Of a stretch of DNA of 64,000 nucleotides, positions 63,913-64,000 are shown piece after piece. Position 1 is the stretch's first letter. Every line of letters begins with the position of its first letter. Source of the stretch: Chiloscyllium plagiosum (lineage: Eukaryota); the NCBI RefSeq assembly GCF_004010195.1, contig NC_057755.1, positions 5,997,474 to 6,061,473 on the forward strand, in the 5' to 3' direction. Under the pieces are notes generated by a model. It saw only the letters and a list, made by a program, of their open reading frames with translations. It did not search any database and was not told where the DNA came from. A program made the position numbers and the translations under genes.

Positions 63913-64000
63913 GCACTTGTCATGGAGTCATCCAGTCAGTGTCCTACAGCACGGAAAGAGGCCCTTCAACCTACACCGGACTATGCCACTCAAAAAGTCT

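Larger units (their letters stand above)
58400..64000 (-). repeat. Right arm of the inverted segmental duplication of 19940-26470; probably continues past the window
   Basis: See the left arm; includes promoter, both exons and intron of the paralog. Confidence 0.9.

Overview
Eukaryotic, repeat-rich vertebrate DNA, very probably from an elasmobranch (shark/ray), inferred from HE1-type SINEs and HER1/CR1 LINEs. The window holds a tandem cluster of at least eight paralogous class A GPCR loci resembling GPR139/GPR142. Two copies reconstruct as intact two-exon genes with canonical splice sites and a TATA box: join(21447..21510,23024..23931) on +, 323 aa, and complement join(48997..49069,41839..42710), 314 aa. 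The ORF track misses both short first exons. Six copies are pseudogenes with stops, frameshifts, dead splice sites or transposon truncation. The cluster was built by direct and inverted segmental duplications, notably ~19.9-26.5 kb versus ~58.4-64 kb inverted. Intergenic DNA contains CR1/HER1 LINEs, HE1 SINEs, two types of Penelope-like elements (PLEs) and PLE-derived fold-back elements. One minimal hammerhead ribozyme has an intact core (32915..32954, minus strand), and there are several decayed copies. The most interesting hypothesis is a birth-and-death GPR139-like receptor repertoire behaving like a chemosensory family. All calls were made by eye with no database searches; repeat boundaries are approximate.
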